This document shows, piece by piece, positions 20,390 through 29,849 of a DNA stretch of 59,533 bases. A program made the position numbers and the translations under genes. The stretch is taken from positions 1 through 59,533 of IMG/VR virus record IMGVR_UViG_3300023180_000058, one strand, 5' to 3'. This DNA is from a virus. Lineage: Duplodnaviria; Caudoviricetes. The notes below the pieces were generated by a model. The model saw nothing but the letters and a program-made list of their open reading frames with translations, ran no database searches and was not told the origin of the DNA. How positions within the stretch are numbered: the first letter of the stretch is position 1; every line of letters begins with the position of its first letter.

Positions 20390-21415
20390 ATGGCATCAAC
20401 ATTTAAAACATTCGGAACTGACGACCAAACAGTAACAACAACAAACCTTCACGAGGTTATTCCAATTACTGGCACAATTGTATCAGGAACTTATTCTGAC
20501 AACAATATCAAAAACTATGCTCACGGTATGTTTCAGTCTGTTTATGATTATCCCTATCTAAGCTCCTCAGCAAATCATATATTTGATATAACTGTTGGTT
20601 ACTCTGCAAATTCATCATTATCTGGCGCTGCTAATACCCAGAACGCCAAGAAAATAAATATTTATAATCAATTTGCAAAAGTTTTAGTTCAGCCTGATGT
20701 TACTGGCTCAATTCAAGATTTCGATCAGGACGGTAATATATCAGCCGGCGGAACTAAAATGCAAGAATGTTTCTTTTTTCCCTTCTCACGTCTACTTGTG
20801 AAAGATGAGATTAAAAAAGGCTCATTCCAAATGACTGCTTATTTGAGTGGTACTTACACTAGTTTGACAGCTTCTGGTACTGTTTATGATGCGTACGCTG
20901 AGACTGATTATAAAGTCAACTCGCCTGCTGGAGAGTACGGTTTGTTATACACCAGCTCAGAGGGTACCGGCACTCCAGTTGGCCACGTTTATTATCAAGC
21001 GGGAATTGCTGTTTTGACAGCCAGTGTCTTTAACCTTTATGCTCAACCTGCCGGCTTTAATGCTGACGATGAAGACATTGATGCAGTTTTAACCGGATCA
21101 TCAATATCTGGCTCGGCTGATGGTTTTAGACACAGGCTTGTGAATGTCCAGTTTAACAACACAACGGAACTCAACTCAAGTATCTACTTCTGCCGTGCCG
21201 GTTCCAACGAGTTTAATTATTCCTCAAACCCAACTTATCTATCTGGCTCACAAGTTGTCATTAAGAACGCTAGAACAGATACTCCTGCGTCTTATGTTAC
21301 TTCCATTGGTCTATACTCATCAGACAATGTTCTTTTAGCTACCGCAAAGCTTTCAGAGCCACTCAAAAAAGATCCAACAAACGAGCTTACATTACGAGTC
21401 AGACTAGACTACTAA
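20390..21415 (+). CDS. Putative baseplate/tail-fibre attachment protein
   Basis: C-terminal YVTSIGLYSSDNVLLATAKLSEPLKK...RVRLDY resembles the end of DUF3751-type domains. Paralogous C-terminus with 21417. Confidence 0.6.
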   Translation: MASTFKTFGTDDQTVTTTNLHEVIPITGTIVSGTYSDNNIKNYAHGMFQSVYDYPYLSSSANHIFDITVGYSANSSLSGAANTQNAKKINIYNQFAKVLVQPDVTGSIQDFDQDGNISAGGTKMQECFFFPFSRLLVKDEIKKGSFQMTAYLSGTYTSLTASGTVYDAYAETDYKVNSPAGEYGLLYTSSEGTGTPVGHVYYQAGIAVLTASVFNLYAQPAGFNADDEDIDAVLTGSSISGSADGFRHRLVNVQFNNTTELNSSIYFCRAGSNEFNYSSNPTYLSGSQVVIKNARTDTPASYVTSIGLYSSDNVLLATAKLSEPLKKDPTNELTLRVRLDY

Positions 21416-21416
21416 A

Positions 21417-22574
21417 ATGAAGTTCTATCAGTTCAAGCAAAACGATGTGGTTGACCAACTTCGAGTGGTCAACCCATCGTGCTCCTTTTTTGTTAACGAT
21501 AGAACTGTTTATTATAACGGAGCGTCAAATAGCCCTGCCTCGCTTGGTTCAACAATAAACAGTGTTCCATCCGGCTTCGTTTCCCTTTACGAGATGAATG
21601 TTGATCGTGCTAGCGATAATTTGATTTATCCTGTTATTACCAAGGGCTCCTCCCTGGACTACATAGGCACTGTTACCACGGCTTCTTATGATGCGCTTCT
21701 TTATGGAGATGAGATTACAGGATCTTACCCTCTTTCCGCTAGCATTACAAGAAATTTTTATACGGGATCAACAAGAAGAGAAATAGTATCTTTAAAAAAT
21801 ACTCTAAACAGACGTAGGCTTTATTCTAACCATTTTGCGTATTCTTCATCACTTGGAGATAAGGACACACAAGACATAGCGCTTATTGATGTTCCTTCCA
21901 TCTTCTTTGGGTCAGGAATAAAAGCAAACACTCTGAAATTAGATTTTTATGTTACTGGAACACTCACAGGGCGTCTAGAAGCAAATGCTAAGGGCGAACT
22001 AGTTCAGACACTTCCACAAGATGCAAATAGCGGTTCAGTTGCTGGGGTGGTGCTAGGAGACATGGGCGCTATACTAATAACCGGCTCTTGGGACGTAACA
22101 ACTTCCGCAATAGAAGACTATGATCAAAATGCTGGCGATGATAAATTTAAATGGTATTATTATTTAGCCGGCATACAAGGGAATATAGAGTACTCAGCAA
22201 ACACACTGCCATCCTCTTCTTTCCATCTTCATTTTGAATCTACCAGCGAAGTCAATACAAAGCTAATGTTTTGCACAGCACCTCGTGGAGAATTAAACCA
22301 ATCTGAAAACCCAACATTCTATACAAAAGATAGTCACAAACCTATAGAATTCACTGGGTCTGTTAGTAGTTTTAGAGAACCAGTAAGGATAATAAAAAAT
22401 ATAACATCAGCATCTTATCAAGATCCAACAGCGCCATTTGAGAAAACAACTTATATTTCTAAAATAGGCTTATACGATGAAGATAAAAACCTTATTGCAA
22501 TTGCTTCTTTAGCTAGGCCAGTAAAGAAAACTGAATCAAGAGACATAACTTTTAAATTAAAGCTTGACATCTAA
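21417..22574 (+). CDS. Putative baseplate/tail-fibre attachment protein (paralog of 20390)
   Basis: C-terminal FCTAPRGELNQSENPTF...YISKIGLYDEDKNLIAIASLARPVKK...KLKLDI aligns by eye with the 20390 C-terminus. Confidence 0.6.
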   Translation: MKFYQFKQNDVVDQLRVVNPSCSFFVNDRTVYYNGASNSPASLGSTINSVPSGFVSLYEMNVDRASDNLIYPVITKGSSLDYIGTVTTASYDALLYGDEITGSYPLSASITRNFYTGSTRREIVSLKNTLNRRRLYSNHFAYSSSLGDKDTQDIALIDVPSIFFGSGIKANTLKLDFYVTGTLTGRLEANAKGELVQTLPQDANSGSVAGVVLGDMGAILITGSWDVTTSAIEDYDQNAGDDKFKWYYYLAGIQGNIEYSANTLPSSSFHLHFESTSEVNTKLMFCTAPRGELNQSENPTFYTKDSHKPIEFTGSVSSFREPVRIIKNITSASYQDPTAPFEKTTYISKIGLYDEDKNLIAIASLARPVKKTESRDITFKLKLDI

Positions 22575-22592
22575 TAAAATATATGATAAGAT
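22564..22592 (+). promoter_or_regulatory. Sigma70-type promoter (TTGACA-17-TAAGAT, extended -10 TGn)
   Basis: TTGACA 22564-22569, 17-nt spacer, TG at 22584-85, TAAGAT 22587-22592. ATG at 22599 has no SD. Confidence 0.7.
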
Positions 22593-22598
22593 CATTAT

Positions 22599-23117
22599 AT
22601 GATTTTAGGTTTAGATATAAGTACAAGTATAACAGGTGTAACGTTATTAGATTATAATAATAACATTATTTTAAATAATTCTATAGATCTTCGTAAGTAT
22701 AAGAATTTCTTTTTAAAGAGTGAAAAAGTTGCTGAGTATTTTAAAAATCTTTCTCAAAAACCAGATAAGATTTTTATTGAGCAATCTTTACAATCTTTTC
22801 GATCGGGATTTAGCTCAGCTGCAACTCTTTCTACTCTCTCTCGTTTTAATGGCGTTGTCTCTTGGCTTGCTTATAAAGAATGGTGTATAGAGCCGGAGTA
22901 CATTGCTGCATCCTCGGCCCGAAAACTTGCCGGTATCAAAATAATCAAGGGAACGCCGGCAAAAAAACAAGTCCTGCAACATTTGCTTGACACGGATCCC
23001 TCATTCGTGGTAGAGTATACAAGACATGGCAATCCCAAGCCCGACACTTTCGATCGGGCTGATTCACTTATCATTGCCAGGGCGGGACTACAACTATGCA
23101 CGGACGAGAAAAACTAA
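22599..23117 (+). CDS. RuvC-like Holliday junction resolvase
   Basis: MILGLDISTSITG (RNase H fold first Asp), IFIEQ and C-terminal DRADS catalytic pattern. Confidence 0.8.
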   Translation: MILGLDISTSITGVTLLDYNNNIILNNSIDLRKYKNFFLKSEKVAEYFKNLSQKPDKIFIEQSLQSFRSGFSSAATLSTLSRFNGVVSWLAYKEWCIEPEYIAASSARKLAGIKIIKGTPAKKQVLQHLLDTDPSFVVEYTRHGNPKPDTFDRADSLIIARAGLQLCTDEKN

Positions 23118-24055
23118 ACATTTTAAAACAAGCACTAGGGCAAGGGCACAAGCAGGGCAAAGACGAGTTTTACTTTTCTTGCCCTTTTTGCGATCACCAT
23201 AGACCAAAGTTGGCTGTAAATCTTCAGAAGAATGCATTTCACTGTTGGGTATGTGACGCATCAGGGCGAAACATTCGTCGTTTGGTGAAGAAGTTTGGTA
23301 ATTGGTCTCTTCTAAAAGAATGGGATCGGTTCTCAAGAAAGATTGACTTTTCTGAATTTGACGAAAAGATTCTTTTTGAGATCTCAGATGAAGAAGAACA
23401 GCAGGTGGTTCAGCTTCCAAAAGAATACCAAGCGCTTCATAAAAGAGAAATACCTTTAACCCTGCGCCGACCACTCAATTATCTACGTTCCAGAGGCTTG
23501 ACTGACTTTGATATTGCTTATTGGAAGATTGGCTTCTGCGAAAAAGGAAAGTATGAAGGGCGTTTATTGGTTCCTTCATTTGCTGAAACAGGGTCGGTTA
23601 ACTATTTTATCACCAGAGCCTTTGATAAAAAGGTTTGGCCGGCTTATAAGAACCCAAAAGCTAGCCGAAACATTGTTTTTAATGAACTTTTCGTTGATTG
23701 GGATAAAAGAGTTGTGATCACAGAGGGTGTTTTTGATGCTATTGTTGCCGGACCAAACTCTATTCCGCTACTTGGTTCTACAATGACCGAAAACTCACTT
23801 CTTCTTCGTAAGTTAATTGAACACGACAGTGCTGTTTATCTTGCTTTGGATCCAGATGCATATGAAAAAGAACTAAAAATTATGAAATTATTGTTAGATT
23901 TTGACTTAGAAGTATATAAAATCAACATTCACGGCTTTGATGATCTTGGAGAGATGCCTAAGAATGAGTTTTCTCTAAGAAAAAAGAAAGCAAAAAGAAT
24001 CTTGCAAGAAGATTTATTTGAACTAACTGCTAGAAACTTACTGGAGGCTATCTAA
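23096..24055 (+). CDS. DNA primase (CHC2 zinc finger + TOPRIM)
   Basis: CPFCDH...FHCWVC zinc finger, YLRSRG, ITEGVFDA and ALDPDA TOPRIM motifs. Confidence 0.85.
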   Translation: MHGREKLNILKQALGQGHKQGKDEFYFSCPFCDHHRPKLAVNLQKNAFHCWVCDASGRNIRRLVKKFGNWSLLKEWDRFSRKIDFSEFDEKILFEISDEEEQQVVQLPKEYQALHKREIPLTLRRPLNYLRSRGLTDFDIAYWKIGFCEKGKYEGRLLVPSFAETGSVNYFITRAFDKKVWPAYKNPKASRNIVFNELFVDWDKRVVITEGVFDAIVAGPNSIPLLGSTMTENSLLLRKLIEHDSAVYLALDPDAYEKELKIMKLLLDFDLEVYKINIHGFDDLGEMPKNEFSLRKKKAKRILQEDLFELTARNLLEAI

Positions 24056-27000
24056 TGCGACTAGCACACATTTCTGATACCCACATCAGAAACTACAAAT
24101 ACCAAAAAGAGTATCGACAAGTATTTTCACATCTTTATAAGACTTTAAAAGAAGAAAATGTCGACTTTATTGTTCATACAGGGGACATTGCACACACAAA
24201 GACCCAGATTTCACCCGAATTTGTGGAGCTAGCATCAGAATTTTTATCAGGCTTGGCTGACATTGCGCCAACTTATGTTCTTTTGGGCAATCACGACGGA
24301 AATCTTAAGAACTCAGCACGCCAAGATGCCCTAACCCCCATCGTGCAGAACCTAAAGCACCCAAATCTGCACCTTTTCAAGGGTTATGAGCAAATAAATC
24401 TTCCAGAAAAGTTTGCTTTACACGCTATGTGTGTTTTTGATGACCAAACCAACTGGAATCTTGAGCCCGATCAGGATTTTATCAACATTGCCCTCTACCA
24501 TGGCTGCGTTCGTGGTTCAGAAACCGACATTGGGTGGGTTTTAGAAGGTGAAGTTAACTTAGAAACCTTCCAGAACTTTGATTATGGCTTTTTTGGAGAC
24601 ATTCACAAGACAAATCAAATGTTGGACGACCACGGACGTTTCCGTTATCCAGGATCAACCATTCAGCAGAACTTTGGCGAGTCAAACGATAAAGGAATCC
24701 TTATTTGGGACATTAAAGACAAAGAAAAGTTTACTTGCAAGCATGTTCAGCTGGAAAACCCCAAGCCTTTTATCACAATCAACCTAACAAAGGCTGGAAG
24801 GCTACCAAGAAACACCAGTATTCCATCAGGCGCCCGAGTTCGTCTTATTTCAGAGCATAATCACCCTATTTCAGCGCTTAAAAAGGCTGCTGACGTAGTA
24901 AAAACTAAGTTTAAGCCAGAATCAGTTGCTTTTCTCAACAAGTTCTCAGGTGCTCGTGGCGCTTCAACCTCAGCGCACGCAGAAAGAATGAACATGCGTG
25001 ATGTTAGCGTCCAAGAAAAGCTTATGAAAGAATATCTTGCTGATTATGAACTAACCAACGAACAACTTTCGCAGGTATTCGCTCTTAACAAGCAAATCTC
25101 AGCACTTATCAACGAAGATGAAGAAACAAAAAGAAACATTCATTGGAGTTTAGAAAACTTTAAGTTTGATAATCTTTTTAACTATGGAGAAAACAACTCT
25201 CTGGACTTTGCAAAGTTAAACGGCATTGTTGGTATCTTTGGAAAAAACTATTCAGGCAAGTCCTCGATTATTGATAGTATTCTTTATACTATTTTTAACT
25301 CTAGTTCTAAATCTGTTCGTAAGAATGTGGATCTTGTCAACCAAAATAAAGAAAATGCCGAAGGCGAAGTAAAATTCTCTATTGGTACCAAAGAGTTTAC
25401 AATTAAACGACAAAGCAAGAAGTACATCAAACGACTTCACGGTAAAGAAAGCACCGAAGCAAAAACAGATCTTGATTTCTCAGTATACGATCCAGCAACC
25501 GGCGAAACTGAATGCCTCAATGGTCAAACAAGAAATGAAACTGACGCAAACATTCGCCGGTATTTGGGAACGCTTGATGATTTTCTTTTAACTTCAATGA
25601 TGTCTCAAATGAACTCACTTAATTTTATCAATGAAGGCACAACAAAGCGAAAGGAAATCTTGGCTAAGTTTCTTGATCTTGAGATCTTGGACAAGAAATT
25701 CAAGAAAGCAAAAGAAATCTCACAAGACAAGCGTGCCTTGGTGAAAGGATTGGAGGGTGTTGATCACGACGCTCAGATTGAAGCCGAAGAAGCAACTCTT
25801 GTAGAACTAAAAGACAAGATCTTGAATGTAAAACTTCGTTGTAATGAACTAAACAATGTTTTAGATGGTCTCAAACAAGAAAAAAGCAAGATTCAACATC
25901 AAATAGATTCACAAAAAGAAATCGACATTGACATTGAAAGTGTTTTGAGCGAGATCAAAAACTTACAATCCAAAGAAACAACCTTAGAAAACGAAATAAA
26001 AGAAATCTCAGTTCGTATTGAGAGTTGTAAGGATTTTATTCAGGGCTTTGATTTAGAAAGGGTCTTGACACGCAAGGAGGTGCATTCTGAGACACTCAAA
26101 TACCTTACAGGCGTCACGGTATTGCTAAAAGAAAGAAAGCGGGAGAAGGACGACATAAAAGACAAACAAAGGCTACTTTCTTCTGTTCCTTGTGGTAAAC
26201 AGTTCCCCACTTGTCGTTTTATCAAAGATGCCCACGAAGCAGTTAGTTCTTTTGATATTGTTCAGCAGGCAATCAAAGGGTTGGAAGAAAATGTAAAGGT
26301 GCATGAAGATAAAATCAAGAAACTCAACATTGATGAGGTCAATGATCTTCTAGAAAAGTACGAAAACATTGTAGCAGCCAAAGAAGACACCGAAAATCTC
26401 CTGAAAAACAAGGAAATGGAGCTAAAAATGGCTCAAATGTCCTTGGCTGGCCTTTTGACCAAGAAAGAAACATACGAGAAGAACGAAGAAGAAATCAAAA
26501 AAATCTCCGAACTCAAAGAACAGTTAGTTATTGCATCTAGAACAATTAAAAACACTCAAAGAGACTGTGATGACTGCAACGAAGACCTTTTGGTACTTCT
26601 TGGGGATGAAGCAGGTGCAAAAGCAAGGATTGATTTAGCGAACCAAACAAAAGCAAAACTCAAAAAAGCAAGAGAAGATTATTCTACATTTGTTTATTTT
26701 ATGCGCTGCGTCCATCCAAACGGGATCCCTTATGATGTAACAAAGAAGATGCTTCCAGTTATCAATGAAGAGATCGAGAAAGTGCTTTCTGGTATTGTTG
26801 ACTTCCAAGTGTTCTTTGAAGAAGACGGAAACAAACTAAACATTTTTATCAAGCACTCAAAGTTTGACGCAAGACCAATTGAGCTAGGATCAGGAGCAGA
26901 AAAGACTCTTGCCGCAACTGCTATTCGTTTAGGGCTTCTAAACGTCTCTTCTTTGCCCATTCCAAACTTTGCTGTGTTGGATGAACCGGCAACTGCACTT

Positions 27001-27159
27001 GACGCCGAGAACATGGATGGCTTTATTAAGATTCTTCAGATGTATCGTGAAAATTTTGAAACAGTATTCCTTATTTCTCACTTAGATTCTCTTAAAGACA
27101 TTGTTGATGATGAGGTGCTAATCCAAAAGAAAAATGGATATGCTTTTGTAAATGTCTAA
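24055..27159 (+). CDS. Fused Mre11/SbcD nuclease - Rad50/SbcC ATPase (T4 gp47-gp46-like)
   Basis: Phosphoesterase motifs HISDTH, HTGDI, LGNHD, YHG, GDIH. Then Walker A GKNYSGKSS, Q-loop MMSQ, coiled coil, signature-like LGSGAE, Walker B AVLDEP, D-loop ALD and H-loop ISH in one uninterrupted 1034-aa ORF. Confidence 0.9.
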   Translation: MRLAHISDTHIRNYKYQKEYRQVFSHLYKTLKEENVDFIVHTGDIAHTKTQISPEFVELASEFLSGLADIAPTYVLLGNHDGNLKNSARQDALTPIVQNLKHPNLHLFKGYEQINLPEKFALHAMCVFDDQTNWNLEPDQDFINIALYHGCVRGSETDIGWVLEGEVNLETFQNFDYGFFGDIHKTNQMLDDHGRFRYPGSTIQQNFGESNDKGILIWDIKDKEKFTCKHVQLENPKPFITINLTKAGRLPRNTSIPSGARVRLISEHNHPISALKKAADVVKTKFKPESVAFLNKFSGARGASTSAHAERMNMRDVSVQEKLMKEYLADYELTNEQLSQVFALNKQISALINEDEETKRNIHWSLENFKFDNLFNYGENNSLDFAKLNGIVGIFGKNYSGKSSIIDSILYTIFNSSSKSVRKNVDLVNQNKENAEGEVKFSIGTKEFTIKRQSKKYIKRLHGKESTEAKTDLDFSVYDPATGETECLNGQTRNETDANIRRYLGTLDDFLLTSMMSQMNSLNFINEGTTKRKEILAKFLDLEILDKKFKKAKEISQDKRALVKGLEGVDHDAQIEAEEATLVELKDKILNVKLRCNELNNVLDGLKQEKSKIQHQIDSQKEIDIDIESVLSEIKNLQSKETTLENEIKEISVRIESCKDFIQGFDLERVLTRKEVHSETLKYLTGVTVLLKERKREKDDIKDKQRLLSSVPCGKQFPTCRFIKDAHEAVSSFDIVQQAIKGLEENVKVHEDKIKKLNIDEVNDLLEKYENIVAAKEDTENLLKNKEMELKMAQMSLAGLLTKKETYEKNEEEIKKISELKEQLVIASRTIKNTQRDCDDCNEDLLVLLGDEAGAKARIDLANQTKAKLKKAREDYSTFVYFMRCVHPNGIPYDVTKKMLPVINEEIEKVLSGIVDFQVFFEEDGNKLNIFIKHSKFDARPIELGSGAEKTLAATAIRLGLLNVSSLPIPNFAVLDEPATALDAENMDGFIKILQMYRENFETVFLISHLDSLKDIVDDEVLIQKKNGYAFVNV

Positions 27160-27168
27160 CTATTTATA
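27159..27168 (+). promoter_or_regulatory. Putative late promoter motif ACTATTTATA
   Basis: Immediately after the SbcCD stop, upstream of SD AAGGAG and ATG 27186. Confidence 0.7.
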
Positions 27169-27185
27169 ATAACAAAGGAGACATT

Positions 27186-27404
27186 ATGATGACTTGTAAT
27201 AGTTGTAAATCAACAGATATTGAAAAAGGTTTCTTAGACAACATAGTAGAGAAGGCAATAAGCAGAAAGTTTCTTGCTTGGCTTACAGCAACTGGGCTTT
27301 TAGCCTTTGCGGACCTAACATCGTCTGATTGGGTAACGATCACTACCATCTTTATCGGCTCGCAAGCTGCTGTTGATGCTGTAGCAAGACTTCGATCGAA
27401 GTAA
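27186..27404 (+). CDS. Holin-like small membrane protein
   Basis: 72 aa, two hydrophobic segments, SRKF motif before the first TM, basic C-terminus, Met-Met start. Confidence 0.55.
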   Translation: MMTCNSCKSTDIEKGFLDNIVEKAISRKFLAWLTATGLLAFADLTSSDWVTITTIFIGSQAAVDAVARLRSK

Positions 27405-28247
27405 ATGGACTTCGGCATCAAGGATATATTTTTAGTTGCCCTTCTTTTGATTATCTTTGGGGTGGCTGCTGGCTCAATTTATAATAAAAAGCAAAACCAG
27501 CGCCTTATAAACGAACTACAAAATAATCTTGCAGCCGCCCAGGGGTCGATTGAGATCTTAGAAGGTGTAGAATTTAGATTAGCACAAGATTTATCCTTCA
27601 AAGAAAGACAAATAGCCAGCCTTCTAGGAGAAAACACTAGACTTGACGACGCAGCCAAGGAGTTAGAAGGAAAGTTAGTTTTCCTAGCTCAGGTAAATGC
27701 TACACTAAGAGAAAAAATTGAGTTTACCAGCGATAATGAGAACTCTAATGCGGTTACAACTGTTATAGAGTATCGTTGTGATGAAGAAATAACAAACACA
27801 ACAATAACAGAAGAAACCGAAGGTATACCAAACCTAAGAGTTGACTTTGACTTAGAAAACTCAGGTTATAGGGTTTTGGGCTTTACAGAAAGCAACCCTC
27901 CGCACGCAGAACTATCTTTATCCCAACTTAGTCCTTTTGTGTTAGACTTAGCGCTAAACCAAGGACCAGATGGAGAATGGAGCGCTATAGCAGCCGAACA
28001 AACAAACCGGCTGGAAATAGAGATAGGCGAACTTGTCATGAACAGCAGACGCCTAAGAGAGCGCTGGTATGAAAGATTTGGAGTAGGTATTGCTGTAAAT
28101 GCCGGTTTAGGCACTCTTGCAGCTGGTCCGGCCTTTCACTTAGAGACAAGAACGCTTGATTATAATGTGAATACTACTTATGATACAGTAAGCCAATCTA
28201 TTATTAGCGGTCTAACTATTACGTATCGGCCTTTTAGGAGAAGGTAA
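27405..28247 (+). CDS. Membrane-anchored coiled-coil protein, candidate spanin
   Basis: N-terminal TM IFLVALLLIIFGVAAGSIY, coiled coil, C-terminal amphipathic beta-strand-like segments. Follows the holin-like gene. Confidence 0.45.
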   Translation: MDFGIKDIFLVALLLIIFGVAAGSIYNKKQNQRLINELQNNLAAAQGSIEILEGVEFRLAQDLSFKERQIASLLGENTRLDDAAKELEGKLVFLAQVNATLREKIEFTSDNENSNAVTTVIEYRCDEEITNTTITEETEGIPNLRVDFDLENSGYRVLGFTESNPPHAELSLSQLSPFVLDLALNQGPDGEWSAIAAEQTNRLEIEIGELVMNSRRLRERWYERFGVGIAVNAGLGTLAAGPAFHLETRTLDYNVNTTYDTVSQSIISGLTITYRPFRRR

Positions 28248-28580
28248 GTGAGCCTAAAAAACCTTATTGAGCAAATAACTTTGGAACTTCTTGATGAAGA
28301 ATGGTCTAAGAGCAAAAGAAAAAAAAGAAAGAAAAACTGCGACAACCCAAAAGGCTTTACAATGAAGCAGTTTTGCAAGAACCAAAAAACACGCTCAAAG
28401 CCAGGCGAGAAAACTAACGAAGAGCTAGAGCAAGATCTAGAAGAAACAATAAAGAAGATTGCCGACAAGTATGTTGTTTACCCAAAAAAAGGAGGTAAAC
28501 GACTTGGAACACACAAAACTAAAGAAGCAGCCAAAAAACAACTTGCCGCAATAGAAATAAGCAAAGCAAAGAGAGGATAA
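28248..28580 (+). CDS. Basic hypothetical protein, possible internal head protein
   Basis: GTG start with SD. Two basic modules (WSKSKRKK...CDNPKGFTMKQFC; YVVYPKKGGKRLGTHKTKEAAKKQLAAIE), each preceded by acidic L-x-E sites. Confidence 0.55.
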   Translation: MSLKNLIEQITLELLDEEWSKSKRKKRKKNCDNPKGFTMKQFCKNQKTRSKPGEKTNEELEQDLEETIKKIADKYVVYPKKGGKRLGTHKTKEAAKKQLAAIEISKAKRG

Positions 28581-28584
28581 ATAA

Positions 28585-29418
28585 ATGTTCCAGCAGTTTT
28601 GGAAAATATTTGAGTCCGCAGAAAAAGAAAGAGGCTTTTTGCTTCAAGAACAGAAAAATAAACGCTCTTTAAAAAAAGAAGAAATAAGAAAAACAGTCTT
28701 GTCCAAAGAGGTCTTCAAACAACACGACGATTTATCATCCAAAGTTTGGAATGAAGACGGCCACTTAAAATTAGAAGTCAAACTTAAACTAAAAAGAATA
28801 GCAAATGCATTTCTCCGAGATCACAACGTTGACCCAGACGCTGTGGAAGACATTTACTTCACTGGCTCACTCGCCGGGTATAACTATCATCCTGATTCTG
28901 ATATTGACCTACACATTGTGGTCGATTTTTCCAAAGTTAATCAAGATATTGACTTGGTTCGTGATCTTTTTAATTCTCGTAGATTGGTGTGGAATGAGCA
29001 ACATAACATAACCATCTTTGGCCACGAAGTTGAGATTTACATTGAGGACGTTGATGAAGTATACGATGATGAAGACCGTCCTGTATACTCAATAACCAAA
29101 GATCAATGGATCAAAAAGCCAAGAAGAGAAGACCGAGACTTTGATTATGATTCTGCGATGAAGAAAGCGCACCTGATTATGCATCAAATAGGCTTGGTGC
29201 GAGAGTTGATGAACCAAGAGAAGTTTGTTGAGGCAAAACGACAAGCCGTCCGCATTTTCGCAAAACTTAAAAGAATGAGAAAAGCAGGCCTTCAAAGAGA
29301 GGGTGCTTATTCACCAGAAAATATTGCTTTTAAAATTCTTCGCAAACAAGGATACATTGATCAATTGGCTCAGTATAGATCTGACTCCCATGACCTAATG
29401 ATGTCTCTACCACAATGA
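28585..29418 (+). CDS. Nucleotidyltransferase (Pol-beta superfamily)
   Basis: hGS...DhDh motif FTGSLAGYNYHPDSDIDLHIV and a third acidic strand EVEIYIED. Confidence 0.8.
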   Translation: MFQQFWKIFESAEKERGFLLQEQKNKRSLKKEEIRKTVLSKEVFKQHDDLSSKVWNEDGHLKLEVKLKLKRIANAFLRDHNVDPDAVEDIYFTGSLAGYNYHPDSDIDLHIVVDFSKVNQDIDLVRDLFNSRRLVWNEQHNITIFGHEVEIYIEDVDEVYDDEDRPVYSITKDQWIKKPRREDRDFDYDSAMKKAHLIMHQIGLVRELMNQEKFVEAKRQAVRIFAKLKRMRKAGLQREGAYSPENIAFKILRKQGYIDQLAQYRSDSHDLMMSLPQ

Positions 29419-29849
29419 TTAAAATAAAAATAAATAAAATGAAAAAAGACTCTGAAATCTCAGGACACGTTATTATTTTCAAAGATAAAGACCACTTTCT
29501 TTCGCTAAAAAGAGGACCAACAGATCCTTGGATGCCTAACCGCTGGTGTTCAGTTGGCGGGCACGTTCACGTTGATGAAGAAATCAAAGACGGAACTTGC
29601 CGAGAAGTAAAAGAAGAATGTGGCTTAACAGTAAAACCAGAAGATCTTATTGATACTGGTGTAATAAAGAAAAAAAGAATTTATTTCTTTACAACAACAA
29701 AGTATACTGGTGATGTTTATTTAGATGGAAAAGAACACTCAGATTATAAATGGTGCTCTATAAAAGATCTAGATAGTATGGAAACAGTGCCAGACTTGAA
29801 AGAAATCGTATTTATCGCTAAACAAAAGGTATATAATGCTCCCACTTGA
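29415..29849 (+). CDS. Nudix hydrolase
   Basis: Complete Nudix box G-HVHVD-E-EIKDGTC-REVKEECGL. C-terminal EHSDYKW. Confidence 0.9.
   Translation: MIKIKINKMKKDSEISGHVIIFKDKDHFLSLKRGPTDPWMPNRWCSVGGHVHVDEEIKDGTCREVKEECGLTVKPEDLIDTGVIKKKRIYFFTTTKYTGDVYLDGKEHSDYKWCSIKDLDSMETVPDLKEIVFIAKQKVYNAPT

Noticed and set aside
28585-29849. CBASS-like operon (CD-NTase plus effector)
   Set aside because: No Cap effector or E1/E2/JAB genes adjacent, and the NTase cannot be assigned to CD-NTases from motifs alone.
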